Shown: piece after piece, positions 50,373 through 59,404 of the stretch
Layout: each line of letters opens with the position of its first letter
How positions within the stretch are numbered: the first letter of the stretch is position 1
NCBI GenBank assembly: GCA_963835655.1
Contig: CAWIGJ010000003.1
Coordinates: 1,314,281 to 1,378,280 of the forward strand
From: an uncultured Chloroflexia bacterium
GTDB taxonomy: Bacteria > Chloroflexota > Dehalococcoidia > DSTF01 > JALHUB01
Direction of reading: 5' to 3'
Length of the DNA stretch: 64,000 nt
Translations under genes and position numbers: made by a program
Notes under the pieces: model-generated
What the model was told of the DNA's origin: nothing
Seen by the model: the letters and a program-made list of their open reading frames with translations, nothing else
Databases searched by the model: none

Positions 50373-50678
50373 ATGCCGAACTACTTCTTTGTGAAGCTGA
50401 ACCCGCCGCGCCCAACCTTTCCCGAAGACATTACTCCTGATGAGCTGACTATCATGCAGGCGCATGGAGCCTACTGGACGGAGATGACGCGGAAGGGGCT
50501 CGTCGTCGTCTTCGGGGTGGTGCCGGAGCTCGGCCAGACGTTCGGCCTGGGCGTCTTCGAGGTCGAGAGCGAAGAGAGGGTCTGGAAGCTTATCGCCGAC
50601 GACCCCGTGAAGAAGGCGGGCTTGGGCACCTACGAGGTCCATCCAATGAGGGTAGGCGCCCTCCGCGACAGGATCTAA
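50373..50678 (+). CDS. YciI family protein
   Basis: HGAYW, GLGVFEVES, DDPV..AGL. Confidence 0.8.
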   Translation: MPNYFFVKLNPPRPTFPEDITPDELTIMQAHGAYWTEMTRKGLVVVFGVVPELGQTFGLGVFEVESEERVWKLIADDPVKKAGLGTYEVHPMRVGALRDRI

Positions 50679-50751
50679 CGTATCATGGCTTGAGACGGCG
50701 TCGTTCGGCGCGCTATGATGAATCCAGGTCGATTCCGACGAGAGGAGCGTT

Positions 50752-51552
50752 ATGTCGAGTGAATCATCGCTGGACGCCAGTCTGAGCGACGCGGCGCGAA
50801 TCATTGCCTTCTCCAACTACGTTGTCGCGCTGGTCGGCGCCGGCATCTCAGTCGAGAGCGGCATCCCGCCTTTTCGCGGCCCGGGCGGCATCTGGACGAA
50901 GCTCGGCGAGCCGGTGTCCAACGGCTATCAGATCTTCATGGACGACCCTGCCGCCTGGTGGAGAGAACGCGTCTCGAACCGCGACCAGCTTTCCGAGTTC
51001 ATGCAGACGCTCGACGGGGCAAAGCCGAACGCGGCGCACGTGGCCATGGCCGACATGGAGCGCGAGGGCTTTCTCCAGCACATCATCACGCAGAACATCG
51101 ACAACCTGCACCAGGAAGCGGGCAGCCAGGCGATCACCGAGATCCACGGCAATCGGCTTAAGCTCCGCTGCATTGAATGTGACGCTCGCTACGACTTGAA
51201 AGGCTTCGACCTCGACGAAATCCCGCCACGCTGCCCGAACTGCCGAGGCATCGTTAAGACAGACACCGTCATGTTCGGCGAGCCGATTCCATCCGACGCC
51301 CTCCAGTCCTGCCGTTATCACACGCAGCTGTGCGACTGCATGCTGCTTATTGGCACGTCGGCCGTGGTCTATCCGGCGGCTGAGTTCCCGCTGATAGCTG
51401 TTCGCTCCGGCGCTGCCTTGATCGAGGTCAACCCGATGGAAACGCCCCTGTCGGGCCTCTCTCGGGTCGTGATCCGGGCGCCGGCCGGTCAGGCGCTGCC
51501 CTCTCTCGTCCAAAAGCTACGCGGAGCCGGCAACAAGGCCAAGTCCTGCTGA
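50752..51552 (+). CDS. cobB: Sir2-family NAD-dependent deacylase
   Basis: GAGISVESGIP.FRG, TQNIDNLH, EIHG, two CxxC motifs, GTSAVVYPAA. Confidence 0.94.
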   Translation: MSSESSLDASLSDAARIIAFSNYVVALVGAGISVESGIPPFRGPGGIWTKLGEPVSNGYQIFMDDPAAWWRERVSNRDQLSEFMQTLDGAKPNAAHVAMADMEREGFLQHIITQNIDNLHQEAGSQAITEIHGNRLKLRCIECDARYDLKGFDLDEIPPRCPNCRGIVKTDTVMFGEPIPSDALQSCRYHTQLCDCMLLIGTSAVVYPAAEFPLIAVRSGAALIEVNPMETPLSGLSRVVIRAPAGQALPSLVQKLRGAGNKAKSC

Positions 51553-51617
51553 CACTTTAGCCGCACCCTCGTCTTCTGCAGGAGAAGGCATCCGACTAGA
51601 AGTCCCTCCCCGGTGGG

Positions 51618-52847
51618 TTAGAGGTCTGTCAGAAGACGCAGCCAGTCGTCGACCAGGCGAGGCGTGAGGAAGCGCTCGCGAACACGCTCCTTGCCACGCG
51701 CGCCTATCTCCTTCGCCTGCTTGGGGTGCTCCAGGAGGTACAACGCTCGCTCCGCGCATTGCTCCGTGCTGTCGACCAGGAAGCCGCCGATGTTGTCCTC
51801 CATTTGAAGTGGGATTCCGCCGGCGCGATTCGCCACGACCGCCGTCCCCTTCCAAAGGCTCTCAGAGATGATGAGGCCGAAGCCCTCGCGGATTGACTTC
51901 TGGATGATCACGTCCGATTTCCGCTGGAAAGCGTTGATTTCCATATTGCTAACGCCGACGAGGTTCGTGCGGACGTGGATGTCCTCGTCGTCCTTCGTCT
52001 CGGCGACCACCTGGTTGTAGATTCCCCAGCCTTCCGGGTCGTCGAGCGCCATCGACCCGAGAAGGGCCAACTGGAGGCCCGGCACCTTTTCGCGCACCAT
52101 CCGGTAGACCTGGATGACGCCGAACGGGTCTTTCCACGGGTCGAAGCGCGAGACCTGCGTCATCAGCTTCTTGTCCGGATTTACACCCAGCCATACCAGC
52201 ATCTCGCGACAGAGGTCATCCGGCAGGTCGACGTTCTTCGGGCTCAGCGGGTCAATCGCCGGCGGGATCATGTAAACCTTCTTGTGCTCCAGCCCCGGCG
52301 GTACGAATCGCTCCATCGTAAAGACCAACGCGTCGTATTCGACGAAGTAGCGGGCCATGAAGGCAAGAACGTCTTCGTTTGGGTTCGACGTGTCGATGTG
52401 ACAGCGCCAGACCCATTTCGCATGGTTCGGCCCCTTAAAATGCCGAATTGCCAGCGGCTGCGGATCGTGAATGACGAAATAGTCGTACTCTTCGTCAAGA
52501 AGGTCGGCGTTGAGCTTGTTGTACATCAGGTAGGTCTCGCCGGCCAGGCGCGTCAGCTCCTCCGGGGCCCCCTGCAGGGCGTTATGAAACGCTTTGGTGA
52601 TGGCGAAGAACTGGGGGTCGCCATAAATGCACTTCCAATCGGCCTTTATGCCGAGGCCGCGATAGATGGGAACTACCGCTCGCAGCAGCTCTGACACGCC
52701 TCCACCATAGGGCGTCGCGTTAACGTGGAGAAGACGCGCGCCCTTCAGCTGTCGAGCGCGTGCCTTGATATCGGCAGCCATTTCGGGCGAAGTGAAGGGC
52801 TCGTAGCTCTTGAAGTTGACAACGCCAACGTCTACGTGGTCGAGCAT
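51618..52847 (-). CDS. treT: GT4 glycosyltransferase, TreT trehalose synthase-like
   Basis: HVNATPYGGGVSE, FHNALQG, IHDPQP, WRCHID, SRFDPWK, EGFGL. Confidence 0.88.
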   Translation of the reverse strand: MLDHVDVGVVNFKSYEPFTSPEMAADIKARARQLKGARLLHVNATPYGGGVSELLRAVVPIYRGLGIKADWKCIYGDPQFFAITKAFHNALQGAPEELTRLAGETYLMYNKLNADLLDEEYDYFVIHDPQPLAIRHFKGPNHAKWVWRCHIDTSNPNEDVLAFMARYFVEYDALVFTMERFVPPGLEHKKVYMIPPAIDPLSPKNVDLPDDLCREMLVWLGVNPDKKLMTQVSRFDPWKDPFGVIQVYRMVREKVPGLQLALLGSMALDDPEGWGIYNQVVAETKDDEDIHVRTNLVGVSNMEINAFQRKSDVIIQKSIREGFGLIISESLWKGTAVVANRAGGIPLQMEDNIGGFLVDSTEQCAERALYLLEHPKQAKEIGARGKERVRERFLTPRLVDDWLRLLTDL

Positions 52848-53015
52848 TGGTTCATCCTTCCTGATACGGGCGCGGCTCTCCCTGCCGGAGTAAGGGAACT
52901 CCTTGCTCCATATATCTTTACGGCAGGAGAAGTGTCAAGCTGAATCTCCGAACCTACAAGGCTCTCCCGGCTGAGATATAATTCATCAGTAGGGAACGAG
53001 AGGCAAGGCAGAGCC

Positions 53016-53183
53016 GTGCAGACACGCATTCGGGACCTGAGACGCTACGAAGCGGACATTGTCCTCACCGACGGCTCTAAGGTCGATCTATGTCCGATCC
53101 GGCCCGACGACACTGACGCTTGGCCCCGTGGGATCCCAGGTCGAGTTGATCAAGGACGTCGTCTCCTCAAGGCGCTCGCATGA
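53016..53183 (+). pseudogene. 55-codon remnant of a GNAT (acyl-CoA synthetase-associated type) N-terminus
   Basis: RYEADIVLTDGSKVDLCPIRPDD, after which the resemblance stops; its stop codon overlaps the next ATG. Confidence 0.5.
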
Positions 53184-54070
53184 CGACTTCTAACAGACCG
53201 CCGCGGCAAGCTCGCTCACTGAAGAAGAGACGTCTCGGACGGACGGACATCTTCGTCACGGAGTTGGGTGTTGGCGGTGCCCACCTATCGGCAGAGGACG
53301 CAGGCGAAGACGCAATGCTTGAGGCCTTTCGTCTGGGCATCAACTTCGTCGAGACCGGCCGCGCCTACAAAGGAAGCGAGTATATCATCGGTGGCGCGTT
53401 GATGCAGTCGTCGAACGGCGCCGATATTCACATCGCCAGCAAGACACTCGCCCGATCCCGCGATGGCGCTTTGGCCGACCTGGAGCGCAGCCTCAACCAC
53501 CTTCGCCTGCAGACCATCGATTTGTACCAGTTGAACAGCGTCGAGCCCGGCGATTGGGCGCAAGCTACGGGAGAAGGCGGAGCACTCCAGGGGCTGGAGG
53601 AAGCGCGAGAGCAGGGGCTCGTGCGCTTCCTCGGGATATCCAGCCACTCACCGGCTGTTCTGCGTCGGGCAATCGAAAGCGGTAAGTTCGACACCATTCA
53701 GGTCAAGTGGGGCGCCTTCCACGCCAGCAACGCGTCAATCATCCGGATGGCAAACGAGCGCGATATGGGGGTTATAGGCATGAAGCCATTCGGCGGCTTT
53801 GGAATGTTCGGCTCCCTAAAAGGCAGCGAATTCGAAAGGCAGCTCTCCGCCGCGACGCTCCTCCATTATGCCCTTTCCAATGCCGCGCTTTCCGTCTGCA
53901 TTCCGGGCATGCGAAAGCCACAGGAAGTCAGGGAGAACTTCCGAATCGCAACCTCTGCCCGTGAGCTCAACGAGGACGACAGGAGCCACATCGCTGAGCA
54001 GGCAAAGGCGTTCTTAAGGGCCATGGGTGGAGGCAATGATCGATCGCATCGCAGGCGTTCGACGGAGTAA
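53180..54070 (+). CDS. Aldo/keto reductase
   Basis: RRLGRT, GINFVET..AY..SE, IASK, IDLYQL, LGISSH, IGMKPF, IPGM. Confidence 0.92.
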   Translation: MTTSNRPPRQARSLKKRRLGRTDIFVTELGVGGAHLSAEDAGEDAMLEAFRLGINFVETGRAYKGSEYIIGGALMQSSNGADIHIASKTLARSRDGALADLERSLNHLRLQTIDLYQLNSVEPGDWAQATGEGGALQGLEEAREQGLVRFLGISSHSPAVLRRAIESGKFDTIQVKWGAFHASNASIIRMANERDMGVIGMKPFGGFGMFGSLKGSEFERQLSAATLLHYALSNAALSVCIPGMRKPQEVRENFRIATSARELNEDDRSHIAEQAKAFLRAMGGGNDRSHRRRSTE

Positions 54071-54141
54071 ACCAGTTGGCCTCATGAAGGTCGCTCAAGT
54101 CGAGTTGTTGTCATTGCCAGGTCCGGTACTGGTGGAAAGGG

Positions 54142-54462
54142 GTGGCTGCAATGACAAGGTCGGACGACGATAGATTCAAAGCGCTGGCTCACCCTCTGCG
54201 GCGGGCGCTGCTGGTTGAGATGCGCGATGCAGGTCACAGCCTTGCCTATCTGGTGCGACGGACGGGCGCAGCACCCTCTCGCGTCTCCAATCACCTGCGC
54301 TTGATGGAAGAGGCAGGCATCATTCGCACCAGGAAGAGCAGCGGCGGACGAGTCTATAGCCTGCGGAAGGAAGGCCTGCAACAGCTGCAGACCTTCCTCG
54401 ACGGCCTGCTCAAATCAGAAGGCCGTACCCCGAGCGCGCGCCAGCGTCTCGATCGGGACTAG
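54142..54462 (+). CDS. ArsR/SmtB family regulator (no Cys)
   Basis: FKALAHPLRRALL, VSNHLRLMEEAGII, RVYSL. Confidence 0.85.
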   Translation: MAAMTRSDDDRFKALAHPLRRALLVEMRDAGHSLAYLVRRTGAAPSRVSNHLRLMEEAGIIRTRKSSGGRVYSLRKEGLQQLQTFLDGLLKSEGRTPSARQRLDRD

Positions 54463-54493
54463 GCCTGAAACCATCAGATCGAAGGTCAGTCCC

Positions 54494-55915
54494 CTATTGA
54501 TTGGACAACCGCGGCATGAGGAGCGCGTCCTGCATCTGCGCTACCTGGATTGGCGTCTGCAAGTCGTAGTCGGTTAGCGTGAAGATGCCGGCCACCGACA
54601 GGACGTTCCCCTGCCGGAATCCCACGAAGCTCAGCTTCAACGGCGGCCCCGCCGCCGATTCATCAACTTTTTCGTCGGCGGTGAACATGCAGCTCTCCTC
54701 CCCGACCTGCGTGGCCTCGATCGCCTCCGGCTGGTAGAACTCGAAACCGCTGCTGGTGAGGAACTCCCACATCGTGTCTACGAATTCTGCGCAGTCACCA
54801 TTAGCGCTCGAGGCGTCGGCGGCGTCCTGGGCCGTCTCGTACAGGTCGACCTGTACGACTATCACGCTCGCTCCAGCGGTGCCGCCCGCTGCCGTAAAGT
54901 TGTTGAAGACGCGCCTCAATCCGCCAACGCGGCCATACTGCTCGTAGAAGCTTAGCGCTTCGTCCGGGTTGTCGTAGAAGGCCGCACGGTCTTCATTGCT
55001 CAACGATGTCTCTTCATTCATCTCCCAATCGACTCCAAGGTCGGTCGCGGAAAGAAGGGTGACGCTGAGGTCACCGATCGTAGTGGTCGGCTGCTCGATC
55101 TGCGGTATGACAACCTCCGTCGCCGCCTTCGCCTCCCTCAGCAGGTCATGAGCGAAGTTGACGGGCCGGATGCGTCCTGACTCTTCACCGCCAAGCTCCG
55201 AGATGTAGTAGATGGCCGTGGGTATTCCCACAAGCTCGCCGGCATCGTCGAAGGCGCCGCCGCCGCTGTTGCCGGCCGCGATGCGCGCATCTGTCTTGAT
55301 CCAGGCGTCCTTCTGGCCCTCCGCGGAGAGGAAGCCGCTTACCGCTCCTTTCGTCAACTCCAGCGACCCTTCGCCGACAGCCGGGTAGCCGAGAACCGTC
55401 AGGTTCTGTCCGATGTCCAGCTGTTCCGCATCGCCGATCGAAACAGGCTGAAGATCGAGGTCGCCGACGTTGATCTCGACGCTGTTCCGGTTCTCGGTGA
55501 TGCGAATGACCGCCAGGTCCAGGTCCTCATCCCAGGCCGCCAGGCCGCCGAAGTACTTGAGCTTCGGCATGTCCTTCGGGTTGTCTGAAACGTAGATCGC
55601 TATGTCGTCATAAGCGCCCACGTTGTTAGGATCGACGACGTGGTAGTTCGTCAGGATGAGACCGCTCTTATCGACAATGGTCCCGGAGCCGGTCGCGACG
55701 GGCGTGAACTGACTCCCGCTCAGAGTCCCTGGCGCGACCATGACCACCGAAGCCGCAAGGTCATCTACCGTAATCTTTGCCGGCGTGTCTGTCGCTTTCG
55801 GGGTGTTTGGCGCCTGCGTCGGTTCATTCTTACTTATAGGGCCGCCACCGCAGGCCGTTAGGACGATTGCGAGAACGACCACCAAAGACAATGTGAGAAG
55901 TCTGGATTTGTACAT
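54494..55915 (-). CDS. Lipoprotein with an S1 (HtrA-like, no PDZ) serine protease domain and a C-terminal extracellular domain
   Basis: VLTA-C lipobox; catalytic triad in TNYHVV, DLDLAV and GNSGG. Start at ATG 55915 after GAGGT. Confidence 0.9.
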   Translation of the reverse strand: MYKSRLLTLSLVVVLAIVLTACGGGPISKNEPTQAPNTPKATDTPAKITVDDLAASVVMVAPGTLSGSQFTPVATGSGTIVDKSGLILTNYHVVDPNNVGAYDDIAIYVSDNPKDMPKLKYFGGLAAWDEDLDLAVIRITENRNSVEINVGDLDLQPVSIGDAEQLDIGQNLTVLGYPAVGEGSLELTKGAVSGFLSAEGQKDAWIKTDARIAAGNSGGGAFDDAGELVGIPTAIYYISELGGEESGRIRPVNFAHDLLREAKAATEVVIPQIEQPTTTIGDLSVTLLSATDLGVDWEMNEETSLSNEDRAAFYDNPDEALSFYEQYGRVGGLRRVFNNFTAAGGTAGASVIVVQVDLYETAQDAADASSANGDCAEFVDTMWEFLTSSGFEFYQPEAIEATQVGEESCMFTADEKVDESAAGPPLKLSFVGFRQGNVLSVAGIFTLTDYDLQTPIQVAQMQDALLMPRLSNQ

Positions 55916-56269
55916 CTTGCACCTCAGCCTTCGCAGCTGGACCAGGATGCGACGCGCCGCCTGGCAATCCGCATCGGGTTGACCCTCGGCCGGACGACCT
56001 GCGCCTCTTCCCGGGCTCCGGCTGAGTGCGCACAGTATACACTGGGCTGCTGCTGTTAACCTATCGATCTCTGCGAGAAGAAACTGACTTGATCTTGACC
56101 TTCGAGAGCGCGCTATCACGGAGTTCGGTTTCGCGTTCGGCCTGTGGGATGGACTCTTCCCCCTGGCAGTCAATGACATTGGAATAGGAGATGTGGAATC
56201 AGCGACAGTAGGGGTGGCCCCCATGAGCCGCCTCTTTTTTCGCCCCATTGTTGTACACTGGAAACTGAG

Positions 56270-57100
56270 ATGACGGGCTACTCAGAAATCATCGAATCTC
56301 TGCGAAAAAGCGCCAGAGAACGTCCAGAGCTGGCGGATACGGTCGAGTTGTATTGTCGTCTTCTTGAGATCGAGTCGACGGCAGAACTACCACAGGCCGC
56401 CACGTTACCTTCGACCGAAGAGGCGCGATCGCTGCTCCAGCAGGGCAAGGCGCTGGTCGACCTGGAATCGCTCGAGATCGACAGTGGCAAGTTGACGGAC
56501 CTGGCAATGCAGATCGCCTTCGCCATCGCCGAGCAGCGGCGGGAGCGCGTCCGCCAGCTCGCCGACATCCACGCCTGGTTGCACCGCCGGCGCGACAAGA
56601 TGCGGTCGCTGGCGCTAGCTTACCTCCGCGGCAACGGGATTGCCGAAATCAACCGCAGCGTCGACGGCGAACTGCTGGAGTTCGTTCTTCACAGCGCGCT
56701 GCATCCCTTCCTGCGGGCCCACGCCGAGGCCCTCAACCGCTTCGTCGACACTTCGCTGTGGTATCGCGCCTCCTGTCCGATTTGTGGCGGCGAGCCTGAC
56801 ATGGCAGCGTTGGAACGGGCGGGCGGACGCCGTCGGCTATTGTGCTCGCGCTGCGACGCGGAATGGGCGTACCGGCGGCTCGGGTGTCCTTTCTGCGGCA
56901 ACGACGACCCTAAGGACCTCGCCTTCTTCGCCAGCGACGAAAAAGTCTACCGCCTGGCCGTGTGCGAGCGCTGTCATCGCTACATCAAGACGATCGACTT
57001 GCGCGAGACATCGACGGAGCGTCCCCTCGCGGCGGAACGCGTGTTAACGGTGGGAATGGATCTCACCGCGCAGAGCACAGGCTATCAGGCTCGAGCCTAG
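56270..57100 (+). CDS. fdhE: Formate dehydrogenase accessory protein FdhE
   Basis: CPICG, RRLLCSRC, CPFCGN, CERCHRYIK. Confidence 0.9.
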   Translation: MTGYSEIIESLRKSARERPELADTVELYCRLLEIESTAELPQAATLPSTEEARSLLQQGKALVDLESLEIDSGKLTDLAMQIAFAIAEQRRERVRQLADIHAWLHRRRDKMRSLALAYLRGNGIAEINRSVDGELLEFVLHSALHPFLRAHAEALNRFVDTSLWYRASCPICGGEPDMAALERAGGRRRLLCSRCDAEWAYRRLGCPFCGNDDPKDLAFFASDEKVYRLAVCERCHRYIKTIDLRETSTERPLAAERVLTVGMDLTAQSTGYQARA

Positions 57101-57248
57101 TCCCCTTTCTTGCTCCACTTTCCCAACACGTCTTGTAGGCTCACTGTCTCGTGAGCGTCTGCTGTCAACAGCCCTGTGAAAAACCAACGCAAATGCGATA
57201 TTCTTTCCAGATCGTCCAATATCACGCCAATAAAGGTTCGCACTCCCT

Positions 57249-57277
57249 TGACGACCCAAAGCGCCTTGAGTAGAATC
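57249..57277 (+). promoter_or_regulatory. Sigma-70 promoter
   Basis: TTGACG-N17-TAGAAT. Confidence 0.6.
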
Positions 57278-57308
57278 ACACGGACGGGCCTAGTGGTGGA
57301 GGGATGAC

Positions 57309-58826
57309 ATGCACATACCAGTCCGCGTCCCCGGTGGCTCATTCCGGGGCCTCTTGCTCCTGCCGCTCGCGGCAACCCTGCTTCTTCTGACCTCTTCCTG
57401 TTATACCCTGCACAATGAAAATTCCTGGATCCGAATCCAGAATATGGGCGGGGCGGACGCCACTATCGACATCAAGTACCTTTCCGAGACCGGCCAGGTT
57501 GTGGCCGAACAGTCCTGCCCGGCATGGGGCGTTTGCCCGTATATCGCGCCCGGCGCCGGCTATACCTTCTCCGAGCTCGACAATCCTTCTCTACCCGGCG
57601 GCTTCCAGGGTTCCGCAGTCATCACCAGCGACCAACCCCTTGCTGTCCTCCTGGCAAAGGACTACGGTGGCACGAACGGCGCCTACTCAACCGCAGGCGA
57701 TACCGTTGCCGTTAACGCCGGTTCTGACCACCTTTATCTGCCTCTCGTCGTCAATCGCGATGGGGTAGCTCAGAATTGGGACTCCCGCTTCGCTATCGAG
57801 AACATGGGGGGCACCACGGCCTGCGCCACCCTCGTCTACACCAGCAGCGGGACCGATTCCGAGGTCTCCCGCGACCCTGTGCCGGGCGCCGAGGCCCAGG
57901 CCGGTTGCTCCAAGGGCGGCATCCCGATTCCCGCCGGTGGCACCCTCTTCCGGTCCGTGCTGACGATGGGCGTTGGGCCGGGCTTCAACGGGTCTGTCCG
58001 CGTAGACCTGGTGCAGAACGACCAGGGGACCGCTCCATCCCAACAGTACCTCGTGGCAACGACGGACGTCTTCAGTAGCACCTCGTATCATTTCGCCAGC
58101 TACGCCGGACTGACCAGTGCCGACATGGGAACTTCGCTCGTCTTGCCGCTTATCGAAAGGACTGCTGACGGCCAGTGGAGCACCGACTTCGAGATCATGA
58201 ACTCAGACCCCACGAAGCCGGCCAACGTTAGCATCCGCATCGACGGCTGGGACGCCAACAACCAGTTCGTCTCCAAGACGACTTCGTTTGGACTGCGCGC
58301 CTCTCGGCAGTGCTTCCAGGACAGCGACACGGCTAACTGCCTCGCCGCGGGCGATACGCTGCCGCAGGGCTTCCACGACGGCACGGCCTGGGTGACCTCC
58401 GATCAACCCGTTGGGGTCATCGTCGACCGCAGCTCGAACCAGAGCGACGACTACGTAAGCTATCGTGGAATTCGGACTGACGCGGCCGGCCAGCAGGTCT
58501 ATCTGCCGCTCGTCAACAAGGATTCCGCCACAGGGAACGACCGCACGGGTTGGAACTCGTGGGTCCTCGTTATGGTCGCCGACGGCGGCCCGGCGAACCT
58601 CCACATCCGCTACATCGACCCCTCTTTGCCCGGCGGCGAAGTTTCCTACGACACCTCGATGTACCGGACCGCCACGTTCATCCAGAGCTGGGAGCAGGGA
58701 CTGCCGGACGGTTTCGCCGGCTCCATGATCATCGAATCGGACCGCCCGATAGTCGCTCTTGCCGACGTCACCGCCGGCCCCTTCAGCGGCGACCCGGACC
58801 TGATGTACGAAGGTGTCGGCGGCTAG
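57309..58826 (+). CDS. Exported (lipo)protein with four ~120-aa beta-rich repeats
   Basis: Signal ending TSS-C; repeated S.I.I.N.G...GF.GS..I.SDQP and (Y/V)LPL(V/I) motifs. Confidence 0.8.
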   Translation: MHIPVRVPGGSFRGLLLLPLAATLLLLTSSCYTLHNENSWIRIQNMGGADATIDIKYLSETGQVVAEQSCPAWGVCPYIAPGAGYTFSELDNPSLPGGFQGSAVITSDQPLAVLLAKDYGGTNGAYSTAGDTVAVNAGSDHLYLPLVVNRDGVAQNWDSRFAIENMGGTTACATLVYTSSGTDSEVSRDPVPGAEAQAGCSKGGIPIPAGGTLFRSVLTMGVGPGFNGSVRVDLVQNDQGTAPSQQYLVATTDVFSSTSYHFASYAGLTSADMGTSLVLPLIERTADGQWSTDFEIMNSDPTKPANVSIRIDGWDANNQFVSKTTSFGLRASRQCFQDSDTANCLAAGDTLPQGFHDGTAWVTSDQPVGVIVDRSSNQSDDYVSYRGIRTDAAGQQVYLPLVNKDSATGNDRTGWNSWVLVMVADGGPANLHIRYIDPSLPGGEVSYDTSMYRTATFIQSWEQGLPDGFAGSMIIESDRPIVALADVTAGPFSGDPDLMYEGVGG

Positions 58827-59111
58827 TAAAAGCTAGGCCGCCCTTCGCCGTCTGGTCGTCCCGCGTCCGACGCTGCCAGGCCGGCTCCGTCTCCGCACTT
58901 CGCCGCCACAAGCAATAGTTCGTTTGCCTCCACTTTGGCTTCCTCACGGCAAGGGATTCACGATACGTGCACGTTTCTCCGGAGGGAATTCACGAGACGC
59001 TCACACAATCTCTTTAGGATTTGCGGAGATGGCACTTATTTCCTGTTGGTCCAGCGCTGAAACTTCGCCGCCCGAAATGCGTTATATGCTTAGAGGGGAT
59101 TGCGAACACAC

Positions 59112-59140
59112 TTGACTTTTCTACCCGCCGAGCCTAATCT
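59112..59140 (+). promoter_or_regulatory. Sigma-70 promoter upstream of the riboswitch
   Basis: TTGACT-N17-TAATCT. Confidence 0.55.
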
Positions 59141-59207
59141 CGAACTAATAAGGCGGACGCTGGAAAGAGTCTTGTGTGTCCGCCGGCATGTGGAAAACTG
59201 AATAGGG

Positions 59208-59328
59208 TCTCCGAAAGGGCAAAGGCCGGGAAACCGGCCGGCGCAAAGCCACGGATTTAACGTCTCCGATAGCCAGCAAGGACGTCGGCAGGGAAATGGA
59301 GACCAGGGCAGCCGGGCTGCCGAAGAGG
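59208..59328 (+). ncRNA. c-di-GMP-I (GEMM-I) riboswitch aptamer
   Basis: GGGCAAA-GGCCGG-GAAA-CCGGCC-GGCGCAAAGCCACGGATTTAA...GGCAGCCGGGCTGCCGAA matches the GEMM-I layout; the G20 and C92 equivalents are retained. Confidence 0.9.
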
Positions 59329-59345
59329 TTGTTTCGGAGCGCTTC

Positions 59346-59378
59346 AGCCGCTGTCGCTCGCTGAGGCAGCGGCTTTTT
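59346..59378 (+). terminator. Intrinsic terminator (riboswitch expression platform)
   Basis: AGCCGCTGTC-loop-GGCAGCGGCT-TTTT. Confidence 0.8.
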
Positions 59379-59404
59379 AGTTGCTCCGAGAGTCTGGAGG
59401 TTCG

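Noticed and set aside
56050-56240. Possible small RNA or peptide ending in a hairpin and T-run before fdhE
   Set aside because: No convincing start codon with SD and no known RNA motif.
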